Origin: Eledone cirrhosa
Lineage: Eukaryota
Assembly (NCBI GenBank): GCA_964016885.1
Contig: OZ024743.1
Coordinates: forward strand, 62,000,001 to 62,064,000
Reading direction: 5' to 3'
Length of the DNA: 64,000 nucleotides
Of the stretch, positions 42,122 through 55,629 are shown piece by piece. Below the pieces are notes generated by a model. The model saw only the letters and a program-made list of their open reading frames with translations, made no database searches and was not told where the DNA came from. A program made the position numbers and the translations under genes. Every line of letters begins with the position of its first letter. The first letter of the stretch is position 1.

Positions 42122-42462
42122 TGTCTTTCATTTGACAATTTCTTCACTTATCTATCTTGTGCTACGACGACACTAAGGTTGGATTGCTACTACCGAGGAA
42201 GGGAAGTAAAAGAAAAAGAAGCCTCCACATCTCGCTGCCTTACATGTTACGACACCTTCTGACAATCTCTTCAACAAACGAATGTTCCATGGACCTATGG
42301 TAAACTCATTAGTCGAACTCATTGACATGAAGTTATTGTAATGAGAAGGGACTCAACTTCCTACATTCTCACATATCCATGTGTACGCTCATAACTTGTG
42401 AATTTGTTCAAGTTTGTCAATACATTAAACACATACATATTAGTATACACAAGGGTGTAGAT

Positions 42463-42556
42463 CAGGGGTTCTTAAAGTGGGCGTTGAGAATGTCCAGGGG
42501 TGCACTGGGGCGGCAGAGATGATATAATAGTATATTAAATATCAAACGATATATAG

Positions 42557-42587
<31 letters not shown>

Positions 42588-43662
42588 AAAAAATATATAT
42601 ATAATATTTATTTATACATAGTATATATTATAGTTATCTGAGGCCAAAATCAAAGGTGGAATTTTTGTTGGACCTCAGATAAAGAAGGTGTTTGAGCCTA
42701 CCGAGTTCTCCAATAAGCTCAATGGGATTGAAAGAACAGCATGGAACTGTTTCAAGGCAGTTGTTAAGGGCTTCCTGGGCAACTACAGAGCTGAAAACTA
42801 CCAGCAACTGGTGCAGGATCTGATAAAGGCTTTTGGCGCCAGGAAATGCAGAACAAGGCGAACGATTCCACCAAGATGTGATAGAGATAGAGCGGAGGTA
42901 CTAGGGCCACTACAATGAAAAAATGATGGGGGACTATATCTGGGGGCTAGTGCGGGAATGCGACCTGGACTACAACCGCAAATCCAGGAAATCCAGTCAT
43001 TTCTGACGTGTATAAGTTGCTTTATAAGTGTTATTTGTTTTTACTTGTTTGCTTTTGATAAGCTTGTGTAATAAAATAAATATATAATCTGTTGATTTAA
43101 TTATATGAACTGATAAATTTTTTTTTAAATGTGTTTTTTCTTGAAAAATATGAAAATTTCGAAATATCAAACTCCTGACCACAAACCCAAACTTCTGATT
43201 AAATAATAGTGTTTTTTTATAATAATGGGATATAACAAACCATGAAATGACACTTAGAACCGGGGAACAAAAAATATGTTACACGGTGTTATAAGTGTTA
43301 TAATATAACGGCCGTTAACCGGAAGTCTTGACATTTGATAGTTTTAAAGAAGTGAATTTTAAAGATTAAGCTATAAAATATATTTAATCAACAGCCACGA
43401 AATTTAGCACATAAATTATGTAATATTCATTCATTATTTATTCAAAGTAATCCAACTTATTTTACAAACGGGGCAAAAAAATATATTCTGGACGCAATCC
43501 CGCAGACCTTCCTTTATTATAGTTAAGATTAACGATTTTATTTATTGTATATTATTTACAATTTGTGTGTTGGCAGGTTTTTTCTGGAAATAGGGGCGGG
43601 GGCGCTGAGGGTATTACGTGTCAGTGAGGGGGTTGGTGGCCCAATAAGTTTGAGAACCTCTG
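42463..43662. mobile_element. Non-autonomous hAT (Charlie-like ends) element with 8 bp TSD
   Basis: TIRs CAGGGGTTCTTAAA / TTTGAGAACCTCTG; GTGTAGAT duplicated at 42455-42462 and 43663-43670. Confidence 0.88.
42633..43288 (+). pseudogene. DNA transposase 3' remnant plus terminus, probably Chapaev3 (CMC), inside the hAT element
   Basis: LSEAKIKGGIFVGPQIKKV..ERTAWNCFKAVVKGFLGNY..EQGERFHQD..MMGDYIW; end GTTACACGGTG. Superfamily assignment is from memory of the motif. Confidence 0.65.
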
Positions 43663-43884
43663 GTGTAGATAGATGACAGAGTTGAAGAATCGATACTTTC
43701 TGATAGAGTAATAGGCAGTGGCGGTGCTACTACTAAAGCCCACTAGGTTGCTGCATAGAACGTAGACCACGGGGTAACATATTCCTGAAACTTTAAAGAT
43801 TACAGTTTTATACAGATTTGTATAATTAGATTACAAGATTACAAGCGGGCGCCGAAATAGGATTTCTCCGAGGGTCTTTGAAGT

Positions 43885-44200
43885 AACGTTACTCGATAAA
43901 GTGCGTAGCTCGGAGATCAGGAAATCACTCCACGTAGAGCCGCTACTTTTATAAAGTGAGATATTACAGCTCCGATACTATGGGCTTGAGGTTAGAATGT
44001 TTCAGGGAAGAATCGCTGGATGGATTTTACGGGAAAAACCAACCGGCAAGAGACTCAGGGGTAGACCCCGGGCAAGATGGTTGGATAACATCCAGAAGCT
44101 TAGCTGGTCACGCTTGGGGATCCAGCCGGGTCAGTTGGAGGCGGTTACTTCTGACTTTCTCAAGAAGAAGAAGAAGAAGAAGAAGAAGAAGAAGAAGAAG
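43885..44200 (+). mobile_element. RTE LINE 3' end followed by (AAG)n
   Basis: DKVRSSEIRKSLHVEPLLL..RMFQGRIAGWILREKPTGKRLRGRPRARWLDNI. Confidence 0.85.
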
Positions 44201-45278
44201 ATTTCCTGCGATTCATAAAATAATTACTAGACATCTTTACGGAGTAGCAGCGTTGTGGAAATATCGAAAGCAGCGGAGAGGAATATTGGAAGTTTTGACC
44301 AGTCACATAATTTGGTGTGGACTGTGTAATGGAAGATGCAGGTCTAGTAATTTTCCTAGTTCCTAGTATATATATATGTGTGTGTAGACAGAGATGATGG
44401 ATAGATAGGTAGATAGTTACGTGTTGTCCAAGTTTAATACGTATACCTATAAATATATATGTATGAATAAATATATACATGCATGTATACAAAAATATGT
44501 TGACGACAAAGACTTCTACTTCGCGCTTGACATCCAAGGTGTTACCATATGAAGAGGAAATGAAAAAACTCTGCCAAGAGCTCTTCTGGGATTTTGTTTC
44601 ACTATTTTGTTTTTATCACTTCGTGGTTGTACAAGGTGGTTGTCACATGACCATTGTGTTTTATTATTATGATACATGTGTGTGTGCCTGTGTCTTGTTT
44701 TTCTGTGTCTTTGTGTGTGTGTGTGCGTGTGCGTGTGTGTGTGTGTGTGCACGTTAACTTGTTTAGCCTGACTCTGCGTTATATCACAGCGACTACATTC
44801 TCAATGTACACAATATAGCAAATAGTATTGAGCAAATGGTATTGAGATGTTTCCTTAGGAAAGGTGACTTTCGTGTAGTTCTTCCTGCGTGTGTGACTGC
44901 TTCAGTAGGGGATGGATTACTTTTTACTGGATCATTATTTTTTTTTCTTCTGCATGTGAACTCAGATGTGACTTGTCAACTAGGGTGTTCGCCTCACAAT
45001 CGTAAGTTTAATTTCCGTCGTCGGCGTTTCCTCTCTTTCAATAACAAACATTATTTCGCAAGTACCAGTAATGCACTGGGTAATTGCTGGCCTTGTGCCA
45101 AAAGTTAGAAACAATTATTTCGCATTGCTCCAGTTCAATCGGCCGGGAAAAAATGAATTGTACCAATAATTCAAATGTTTCACCTTGTCAAACTGCCTCG
45201 TGCTGAATCTCCCTGAGAATTACATGATGAATACAATTGTCTGTTGAATATCCGACATTGGAACAACGTTTAGAATAT

Positions 45279-45414
<136 letters not shown>

Positions 45415-45977
45415 ATACATTAACAGAGAAAGCTTTAAGCAATACTCCGACCGGCTTCCGTCTCACTCAACAAACATTAGGATATACCAAGTATAATCTC
45501 AATTATACGTTTGGGGTGCTAACTATACGTATTTTGCAGATAGCCAGTTGTATTATTTTATATGAGACACAATTAAATACATCTCTCTTTCCAAACGATT
45601 GTTTCATTATAAGTTTTCTACAAGTTGGGAAAATAATGTCCAGGTTATGTAGAAGCCTACACATAGTCTATAGGAATATATTCAGGTGGGCACTTATAAA
45701 TCACCAGTGGATGCCCGACAATATCGATATAAAAAAAAACCCTACCAATATTAACATTCAGCGATGGTACTCGTCAGTGTTAGAGTGATCGCCAAATTTG
45801 AAATTCCAGCAGTCTCACAAAGAGAAATCTCAGACCGTCACCAAGCGGGAAGGGGAGGTCATCGCAAAACATAAAAGGATAAAATAATATGCACGCAGGT
45901 CAATTAATTCTGTCAAGAATTTTAACCATGCGCGAAGAACTCAATTGGATATAAAAAAAAAAAAATATATGCATGTA

Positions 45978-46044
<67 letters not shown>

Positions 46045-46287
46045 ATATATACATATATATACAGTGGCGGACTGGGTCTAAAAATATTGGTTGCCAGGAG
46101 ATGAAGGGGGGCAACCTACATATAGAATGCTATCATTTAATTTTTATAATGAATAAATAACATTTTCGAAAAATACATAAGTGGAAACAAAACAGTGCAA
46201 TCAAAATTTTTGCGGAAAAATATCTTACATTCTCCAATAAAAAATATTATGTATTTTGCAAAATCCTGAAACTTTCAATAATGACCA

Positions 46288-47010
46288 GAAGTCGAGCCTA
46301 AATATTACTAATAGCTCTAGGAAAGCCATCAACGAGACCACATCATTTTAATTTCGATTTTGAATGTAGGTTTCTAATTATCGATTTTCGTTAGAATTTT
46401 GTAGCTGTCTCGCTGGCCTAATTGGGGGTATCATGGACGGTGGTGATCCTTGTCTGAAGTTCGAGTCTGGTCAGCAGTAGGGTTTCCGGTAAACTTTTCC
46501 AGTTTTTTTTTTATGGGATGTAAAATAAAAACTGAAAAAGGTTACATGTACTACTTGACCAGGATTGAACACAAAGATAGGATATCCACCTTCTCTAACA
46601 CCTACCGCTAGGCCACAGAGACAACTACAAACGTCTTATGATATTCATACTCATAAACCTACTTTCAAAATTTTCAAAACAAAGTGTTGTGGTGTCGTTC
46701 ATGTCTTTCTTAAGGTTATTGCTCTTACTTAAGGTCGACTTCTAAATTATTTGGGTATTCCATAAACGACATCCTCGTTTTGCTTCGCATCTATCTAGAC
46801 TACATTTTAACCTGTAATCCATGTTTCATTTCTGTTGCTTCTTGTTTCCCCCAACCCCCTCTCTCGCTCTCTCTCTCTCTCTCTCTTTCTTCCACTCTCT
46901 TTCTCTCCCTCTCTCTCTTTCTCTCTGTGATATTTGAATCTACTATGATTTTGGCTTACTTTCTTCATATATATGTTTTCGCATGTCAGATGATTACAAT
47001 GATTGGCATT
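46288..47010. repeat. Copy 1 of a diverged local duplication containing a palindromic MITE with tRNA-like arms
   Basis: Colinear with 48365-49040 plus 49845-49895. Confidence 0.85.
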
Positions 47011-47018
47011 ATATATAT

Positions 47019-47156
<138 letters not shown>

Positions 47157-47208
47157 TTGAAAACGTGAAGAATAACATGGTCAACAGTACAAAAAAGGGA
47201 TTTATTTA

Positions 47209-47321
47209 CAGTCTGATAATTGTTTCACTGATTAAGTTGTCTAAGAATTGCTGAACACTTGAAGCAATGCCACTCAATTTTAAATACGATGTTAGCTTAA
47301 CCAGATCATCGGAGGTAACTG
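47209..47321 (-). ncRNA. Hammerhead-like motif, U4C core, long stem II insertion (decayed)
   Basis: CAGTtacCT-CCGATGA-tCTGGTTAAG...CTTAATCAGt-GAAACaattATC-AGACTG on minus. Confidence 0.55.
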
Positions 47322-47990
47322 CTATATAGCCGGTAATTTTACAAATTCAAATTACACCATCATTAATAATATTAATAATAAAGATAGAGAGAGATACAGA
47401 AAAGAAAGAAAGAAAAAAGAAAAAGGAGAAAGGAAAACAGAGAAAGATATAGAGAGAAAAAGACAGAGAAAGGAGGAGAGAAAGAGGAGAGAAAAGGTTA
47501 AAGGAGAAATGAAGGTAGAGAAAAATAATATCAACAATAAATGAATAAATGCTAGTATATGAATAAATGAAAATAAATAAATAAGTGTTAATAAAGAAGT
47601 TACATCGAGGATGTTATAAAACAATACAAAATATGAAAATAAATAAATAAAAATGTGCCAAGAAAAGTAAACATATTAAGATTATTGAGAGTGGTTATAT
47701 TGTTGGTGGTTAAAATATAGAGATACGAAGGTATAAACATGATAATGTTAAATATATTTATGTGTGTATTGGTTATTTTAATAAATTAATTATATAATTA
47801 ATTAATTATTTGATTAATTAGTTGTAAGTTATATTAGAAGTGAAAATAATATAAGATAAAATAAGATAGAATGCCAGAGATGAAATAAATTTAGAGAGAG
47901 ATATCTTTCTATCGGTTGGAGCTTCCTGACTATCCGTTAAGGTTGTCTTTTTTTCCGGGTATGTCAATATTTATTTATAAAACAAATCTG

Positions 47991-48056
47991 TATTTTATCT
48001 GATGAAAGCGCACCATAATTTGCCTTGGTTGCCCTTGAAATATGCATAATAAAATA
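47991..48056 (+). ncRNA. Type I hammerhead ribozyme
   Basis: TATTTTAT-CTGATGA-AAG.GCACCA..TGGTTGC.CTT-GAAAT atgc ATA-ATAAAATA; 8 bp stem I. Confidence 0.8.
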
Positions 48057-48167
48057 AATATGGTTTTATAAATATAGTTTCCATTTATTAATATATTGTA
48101 TATTTACTCCACTAATTGTTGAGTGCTTTATATCAGTTATAAAAATGTTTAAATTAAATATAACCTC

Positions 48168-48234
<67 letters not shown>

Positions 48235-48364
48235 TTACGTATGTATGTGAGTGTGTGTGTGTGTGTGTGTGTATTATTTGTTTGCTAAAATAATCAAATT
48301 AAATTAATTCAACAGTTAAACACACAGAAATATAAGGTTGTTACGAAAGGGCCAGTAGATTGAC

Positions 48365-48783
48365 AAGTCGACCCTAAATACTACTAATAGCTCGAGGAAA
48401 GCCATGAATGACGCCACATCTTTTTAACTTCGATTTTGAAAGTAGGTTTATAATTATCAATTTTCATTATACTTTTGTAGCTGTAGCGGTGGCCTAGTTG
48501 GAGGAATCATAGACGGTGGTGATCCTGGTCTGAAGTTCAGTCCTGGTCAGGAGTAGAGTTCCCGCTAAACCTTTTAAGTTTTTTTTTCTATTGGTTGTAA
48601 AATAGAAACTAAAAAAGGTTACATGTACATCTTGACCTGGATTGAACCCAAGGTCAGGATCTCCACCGTCTCTAGTACCTACCGCTAGACCACAGAGACA
48701 ACTATGTAAATCTTCTGAAAATTCATATTTATAAACCTACTTTCTAATTTCATAATGTTATTGCTCCTACTTAAGGTTGACTT
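48365..48783. mobile_element. Palindromic MITE with a tRNA-like unit in each arm
   Basis: Ends AAGTCGACCCTAA / TTAAGGTTGACTT; minus arm TGGTCTAGCGG (A-box) and GGTTCAATCC (B-box); oligo-T after each unit. Confidence 0.65.
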
Positions 48784-48893
48784 CTAAATCATTTGGGTGT
48801 TCCATAAACTACATCCTCGTTTTGCATCTCATCTATCTAGACTACATTTTAACCTGTAATCCATGTTTCATTTCTGTTCCACCTCATTTCTCC

Positions 48894-48972
<79 letters not shown>

Positions 48973-49217
48973 ACTCACTCTCTCTCACTTTCTCTCTGTG
49001 ATATTTGAATCTACTATGATTTGGGCTTATCTTATTCCTATATATATATATATATATTAGAATTGGAGCTCTGAAATAGCAATATATATATGGATGTATA
49101 TATAATGTATTTTGCAATACACTTTATGCTTAATTAAAAGCATTTTGAAGACCGTAAGCTATTGTTTTAGAGTAGTGACAAATTCACTTACTTTGATCTC
49201 AGCAAACAGGGGAGATA

Positions 49218-49262
49218 AGCCGACAAGGTCTTGTTTCGCTTTTGTTGAAGCTTATCAAGGCT
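49218..49262 (-). ncRNA. Type I hammerhead, U3-A8 variant (mirror copy)
   Basis: Reverse complement of 49671-49715 with one loop III change. Confidence 0.8.
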
Positions 49263-49670
49263 AACTACTCCCTCCTGTCTACCGAGATCACTGATGTTAT
49301 ATTCTTATAGAATTCTAGTAAATAATCAGGAACTGATTATACAGAGCGGTTGTTGGTCAGGCAGAAATTAAAAATTAGAATTGGAGCTCTGAAATAGCAA
49401 TATATATATGGATGTATATATATAATGTATTTTGCAATACACTTTATGCTTAATTAAAAGCATTTTGAAGACCGTAAGCTATTGTTGTAAAGTAGTGACA
49501 AATTCACTTACTTTGATACATCCATATATATATTGCTATTTCAGAGCTCCAATTCTAATTTTTGCTTTCTGCCTGACCAACAACCGCTCTGTATAATTAG
49601 TTCCTGATTATTTACTAGAATTCTATAAGAATATAACATCAGTGATCTCGGTAGACAGGAGGGAGTAGTT

Positions 49671-49715
49671 AGCCTTGATAAGCTTCAACAAAAGCGAAAC
49701 AAGGCCTTGTCGGCT
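49671..49715 (+). ncRNA. Type I hammerhead ribozyme, U3-A8 core variant
   Basis: AGCC-TTGATAA-GCTT caacaa AAGC-GAAACAA ggcc TTGTC-GGCT; stem I extends via GGGAG/CTCCC. Confidence 0.82.
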
Positions 49716-49911
49716 TATCTCCCTTGTTTGCTGAGATCAAAGTAAGTGAATTTGTCACTACTCTAAAACAATAGCTTACGGTCTTCAAAATGCTTTTAAT
49801 TAAGCATAAAGTGTATTGCAAAATACATTATATATACATATATATATATGTTTTTGCATGTCAGTTAGATTAAAACTTACAATGATTGGCATTATATATA
49901 TATATAAACAC

Positions 49912-49942
<31 letters not shown>

Positions 49943-50005
49943 CATCCGTATGTGGTTGATGGCTGAGAGAAAGGAGTATGTAATACCGAAGTAGAGTTTT
50001 AATAT

Positions 50006-50048
50006 TCTTTTCTGAAGACCCTGTGATAAACAGGCGAAACGCCAGAGT
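50006..50048 (+). ncRNA. Decayed hammerhead motif
   Basis: CTGAAGA-cCCTGT gataa ACAGGc-GAAAC; NUH triplet not intact. Confidence 0.45.
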
Positions 50049-50087
50049 AACAAGACTCATTATTCAGCCTTAACAAAATGAATATAT

Positions 50088-50147
<60 letters not shown>

Positions 50148-50218
50148 ATGTGTGTGTGTGTGAGTGTGTGTGTGTGTGCGTGTGCGTGTGTGTGTGTGTG
50201 TGCGTGCGTGTGTGTGCG

Positions 50219-50253
<35 letters not shown>

Positions 50254-50566
50254 CTGTGCATGTATACGCACAAGCAATAAACCAATAAAGACATTGAAAT
50301 GGACATACAAAGTTTCTATGTTAATCTAGAAAGTTGAGAAACAGCTTATAACATCTGTCACGAGTTAAACATAGTTCGTACATGCACACATTCACAACTG
50401 CAATCACACACACGCACGCACACAGACACACACAGACACACACATACACACACACACATATATATATATATATACATACACAAACACACACATACACACA
50501 CATACATACATACATACATACATACATACATACATACATACATACATACATACATACATACATACA

Positions 50567-50597
<31 letters not shown>

Positions 50598-51020
50598 GTA
50601 TGTGTATTTATATATAAATATATACACACAAACATATGTTGGTAAGTTGTGTACACATACACTCACGGACACAGGCAAATATGAATGGTAAAACTACACA
50701 CATAGTGAGACCTACTTGGTGATGGTCATTCAATTATAATTTAAAGGGAATATGAAAACAGTGGTGTGTGTTTGTGTGAGTGTTTATACTTGTGGGTATT
50801 GAGGTGGGTGTATGGTTAGGAAGGCGGCAGGGGAAAAGTATGGTGAGGTATGGGTTGACGGCATGTGAGGGTGGGGGAAAAAATTGATGTGTATGGTAGT
50901 GAGAGGTGGGTGAAAGATAAACATGTCTATATACCTACATCATAGATTGTATTAACACATACATAAATATGCATATATACATCTACACAAACATATATAT
51001 ATTTATATATATATATATTT

Positions 51021-51088
<68 letters not shown>

Positions 51089-51125
51089 CTGTGTCTGTCT
51101 GTGTGTCTGTGTGTGTGTCTGTGTA

Positions 51126-51187
<62 letters not shown>

Positions 51188-52701
51188 CATATATACCTTG
51201 TGTGCGTATATATATTTTACGCAAACATATGTTAATACCACTACATAAACACCTTCAACTAAACACATATTAGGAGACATTATGTGGTTGCTTAAACTGT
51301 TAAAAATATCAGTCAAATCCCAAATAAATTAACTCTACTATGTTTAGAAAGGAAAGCTACATTAAAAATGTAGTCATATATACTAACTAAAAAGACAACA
51401 TGGCCTTGACTGGGCTGTCTTTGAACATAAACCAGACCTTATACTAAACAACGATATCAACAAAAATAACAAGATTATTCATGAAATTTATGTACATAGA
51501 TGACCAACCAGTAATTAATATATGTATACGTGTATCTTCGAATGTGTGTAGGCTTGTGTGGTATTAAACATACAAACGGTCCATGAGTAAGCATCCATAT
51601 ACATTCACATTTACAAATCTGATTTACAAAGGCGGCGAGTTGGCAGAGTCGTTAGAACGTCGAATAGAATCCTTTATGGTAACCGTTCCGACTCTCTGCT
51701 CTCTCAGTTAAAATTCCGCCGAGGTCAACTTTGCCTTTCATCCTTGCGAGGTAGTTCCAGTCTATATCTCATTCTCATTTTCTCGCTCTTACTTTCTATC
51801 CTTCTCTAGAAGAAATCTGCTGTACTCATGCCTGGAGACGGATGGCCTCCGCCTGGCTTAAAATGCTCAAGAAACGCCGTATGTCAATACGGCGCCCCAA
51901 TGACTCTATCAGGAGTTATGGGACCATACATACATTACAAACGTGTGCGTGTATAAGGTCTCTTTATAGTTGCTCGAGAGAAAGAGTTAATGCGTGTGTG
52001 TGGAAGCTAAAGAAAAAGTATGAGGTGAACCAGACCTTTTAAGGGCTGATAGTCATAGCAAATACGGGCCAGGTTACAGAGCAGCCCATATCGACCGTGT
52101 TAGATGGCAGTCTCTTGTTTTCTTGAGCAATGCTTACTAGGGAGCAAGGAGTAGGCGTAACTAACCAACTGATAGATACATACATATATATATGTGTGTG
52201 GGGGGAAGGTAAAAAGGAAAAATATTTGTTGTCTGCGAATACTAATTATTTTAACTCTCAGAACATTTTTAAAGGATGTCTACATCTCAAAGGCCAAATC
52301 CTTGCTAAGTGAAAACACTCAATGAATTCAACTGATTTTCAACCACCTTCATATTGATTTCTATACTTTCTTAATAATTTTTCTCTTTCCACACATACAT
52401 AATACGGTACACCTGTACTACTCAACACCATAGCTTAATAAATATAAACATCTCTATATTATATACCACGACATAATACCATACAACTGCTATATGGAGT
52501 ACACACTAATAGATGTGCACAAACATAGCCATCTTGGAGTCATTTCGCTTTGTTATATTATGTTTTCACATAGAAGCGTTTAACACGGTATCTTTAAAAT
52601 CGTCCAAGCTCCTGCTGACTAGGTTACTGAAGTTGATCGTTCTTACAATCAGGGGGGGGCTCAAAATTGGGCCCTGAAACTTTAGGTAGCGCTTTTGTTC
52701 C

Positions 52702-52915
52702 ATGGCAGAATCGGTAAAGCGCCAGACAACATGCTTTGCAGTATAGAGTTACGGCCCTTTACCTTCTGAGTTCAAATCCCGTCGGGGTTAACTTTGCCTT
52801 TCATCCTTACGGGTCGATAAACTAAAGCACCAGTGATACACTGAGGTTGGTTTAATCGACTTTCCCTTCCAACTTCAAATTGCTGCCTTTGTGCCAAATG
52901 TAGAAACAATTATTA
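52702..52915 (+). mobile_element. SINE family A copy
   Basis: B-box, central domain, TAGAAACAATTATT tail. Confidence 0.85.
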
Positions 52916-52929
52916 TTATAATTATTGTT

Positions 52930-53095
52930 ATATTTTACAGAGAAGTGATATTTACAAGTCCATTTCTGTTTCATTCGGTGATGAAATCGTCAGAAACGGC
53001 TTTCTGGCGATTTCATCGCCAAATGAAACTGAAATAATCTCGGTAAAATAAAATAAATACATTGTCTACTTTATTTGTGGTTCCCTACCGTCTTT
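52930..53095. mobile_element. Decayed fold-back HHR element
   Basis: Minus arm CTGACGA-tTTC atcacc GAAt-GAAACAG aaatggac TTGTA; axis at AGAAACGGCTTTCT. Confidence 0.55.
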
Positions 53096-53747
53096 ATAGT
53101 TCTGGATAAACAAGACGAACAGGGATATAACAACACAAAGTTTTATTAGTTTCACGCTTGTTGGAAAAGGAAAAGGAATGCTTCAACGTATCAGAAAAGA
53201 GCGGATGTATGTTGAAGCTTTGTGTTCATAGATAGGCCTTTAACCCTTGATGCAGTTGTAGAGACGTCGACTGTGGATTTAAATCTGGCAGAGTATATCC
53301 CTCTCCAGGTCTGAACACTGACGAATTCTTCCAGAGAGAGGGAATAATGGGGAAGGCACAAAGAAATAAAAATGAAGAATCAACCCCTGGGTTGACTGGT
53401 ACTTTATTTATTTACCTCAAAAGGATTGATGGCAAAGTTTACCTCGGCAGAATTTGAACTTGGAGCGCAGATAACCGAACGCATATCACAAAGTATTCTA
53501 TCTGATGTAATTTGCCGGTTTCTCTGTATGGATCTCCATCTGTTTCTACGACGAATGCTCCAATTATTGGATCAACGGAACTGCCTGCTCATGAAATGAA
53601 TGTGCCAGTAATTGAACATACTAGAGACACGTGTTTAGCATGACACAATGTATGACAAGGCTTGGGCATAATAAACATGAAGAGGACTTCTTAATCTTTC
53701 GATTATGCTGCGTCGACATTTTCGGTATAGGTATATATATATATATA

Positions 53748-53960
53748 CGAGGATGCGTTGACATGTTCCTGGCTTTGGGTAGAAGAAAATACAGGAGAAT
53801 CAGTTAATTGTGATTTTATTCAACATATTCCCATCTCAGATTCACACACTTATTGGAGCGATCCTTCATTTTTCCTGAGCCCTGTAAAAAGAACTTGGAA
53901 GGCTGGGCCTCCAACCAGGCCTCAATGATATACTTAAAGCTAGGAAATTTTGAACACTCC
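53748..53960 (-). mobile_element. Mariner 3' end with TIR
   Basis: IIEAWLEAQPSKFFLQG..K.KDR.NKCVNLRWEYVE*; TA followed by CGAGGATGCGTTGACATGTTCCTGGCTTT. Confidence 0.8.
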
Positions 53961-53984
53961 TTCGTGTGTGTATATAATCTTTCC

Positions 53985-54051
<67 letters not shown>

Positions 54052-54930
54052 GCACGCATACGCTTAGGCTTAAATGGATTCATACAACTGCAAGTGTTTG
54101 TGTGTGTCTTTAAGTGAGCACTTGCTTCTGAACAAATGAGTGTGCCCACATATGTGTATATGTGTTCCCAATATTGTGTATTTCTCCCACACAACACGGA
54201 ACCTATGTAAGATCATGAACATGTTATAACAGCTGATCAACAACATTTTCATAACAAAAATATCCCCAGAGATACAAAACTATCTGCCGTTCTACTCCTC
54301 TACACATCTATCAACCTCTCTGAAATGGACCTCCGTCGGTTTCAATGGTGAGTGTTCCAGTTGTTCGATCAATGGAGCCGCTTGTTCATGAAATTAACGT
54401 GCAAGTGGCTAAGCTTTCCACATGCGCTTGTAAATTTAACTTAATTCTCATGGTGATTCAGTGTCACACAGTGGGTTATCAGGCTGGCCCTTAGTACAAA
54501 TATATCCAACAGGCTTCTAAACAATTTCCGCCTGCCCAATTTAACTCACAAGGCATTAATTGGCACGAGGCTATAGTAAATTATGCTGGTACAAGATACC
54601 ACTAGGTGGGATTGAACCTGAGGCCTAATCATTGCGAACTTCTTAACAATTCAGCCATGATGCTTCCACTCATCTATTCTTCTACTAATCTCTTTAATCC
54701 CTCGTGCCACCTCTATATGTCTTTACCTATCGCTGTGTCTATCTATCTATTTGTCTGTCTATCTATGTATTTATCTATTTATCTATCCATTTACCTCTCT
54801 GTCACTTCATCTGTCGGTGTATTTCTCGATCTATTAGTCTATCTATCCGTCTATCCCCCTATCTATCTATCTATCTATTGATCGATCTACATGTGGGTGT
54901 ATTTATTAACTTATGCGTCTATTCGTGTGT

Positions 54931-55001
<71 letters not shown>

Positions 55002-55018
55002 TAATTTTATAGAAGGAG

Positions 55019-55065
55019 CTTCTACAGGACTAGTACTGTTTCATTCAGATGAAATCTTCAGGAAC
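55019..55065 (-). ncRNA. Hammerhead in fold-back element 55005-55190
   Basis: TTC-CTGAAGA-tTTC atct GAAt-GAAACAG tactagtc CTGTA-GAA on minus. Confidence 0.75.
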
Positions 55066-55190
55066 ATTTCATCTGAATGAAACAGTACTAGTCCTGTAGA
55101 AGCTCCTTCTATAAAATAAAAAAATTTTACTCTGCCATGTATTGAGTACCTTACTTACTGTGGTTATCCCCGACTCAACCCGGGACCTAC

Positions 55191-55225
<35 letters not shown>

Positions 55226-55272
55226 AAGACTGCAGAATAACATGGTCGGCTGTACAAAAAGTGTTTTATTTA

Positions 55273-55386
55273 CAGTATTAACAATTGTTTCATTGATCAG
55301 GTGAGCCTAAAGGTTGCTAATCACTCGAAGTTACGTCACTCGACTTAAGTACAGTGTGTGTGTCTGATCAAATCATCGGAAAACTG
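55273..55386 (-). ncRNA. Hammerhead-like motif, U4C core, long stem II (mirror copy)
   Basis: Near reverse complement of 55515-55629. Confidence 0.6.
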
Positions 55387-55514
55387 GAGGGTGTAACGCA
55401 TGGCATTGGTATTTATAGATACCAATGCCATGTGTTACACCCTCCAGTTTTCCGATGATTTGATCAGAGACACACACTGTACTTAAGGATACCAATGCCA
55501 TGTGTTACACCCTC

Positions 55515-55629
55515 CAGTTTTCCGATGATTTGATCAGAGACACACACTGTACTTCAGGTCGAGTGACCCAGCTTCGAGTGATTAGCAACCTTTAGGCTCA
55601 CCTGATCAATGAAACAATTGTTAATACTG
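55515..55629 (+). ncRNA. Hammerhead-like motif, U4C core, long stem II insertion
   Basis: CAGTtTT-CCGATGA-tTTGATCAG..~64 nt..CTGATCAAt-GAAAC aatt GTT-AAtACTG. Confidence 0.62.

Larger units (their letters stand above)
49058..49838. mobile_element. Retrozyme-like element, 318 bp unit, ~1.45 copies plus one inverted copy, inserted in a TA run
   Basis: TAGAATTGGAGCTCTGAAATAGC at 49058 and 49376; inversion at ~49516; homologous blocks with the 310 bp array. Confidence 0.9.

Noticed and set aside
48625-48700. Functional tRNA gene
   Set aside because: A/B boxes present but no convincing cloverleaf; lies in a repeat arm
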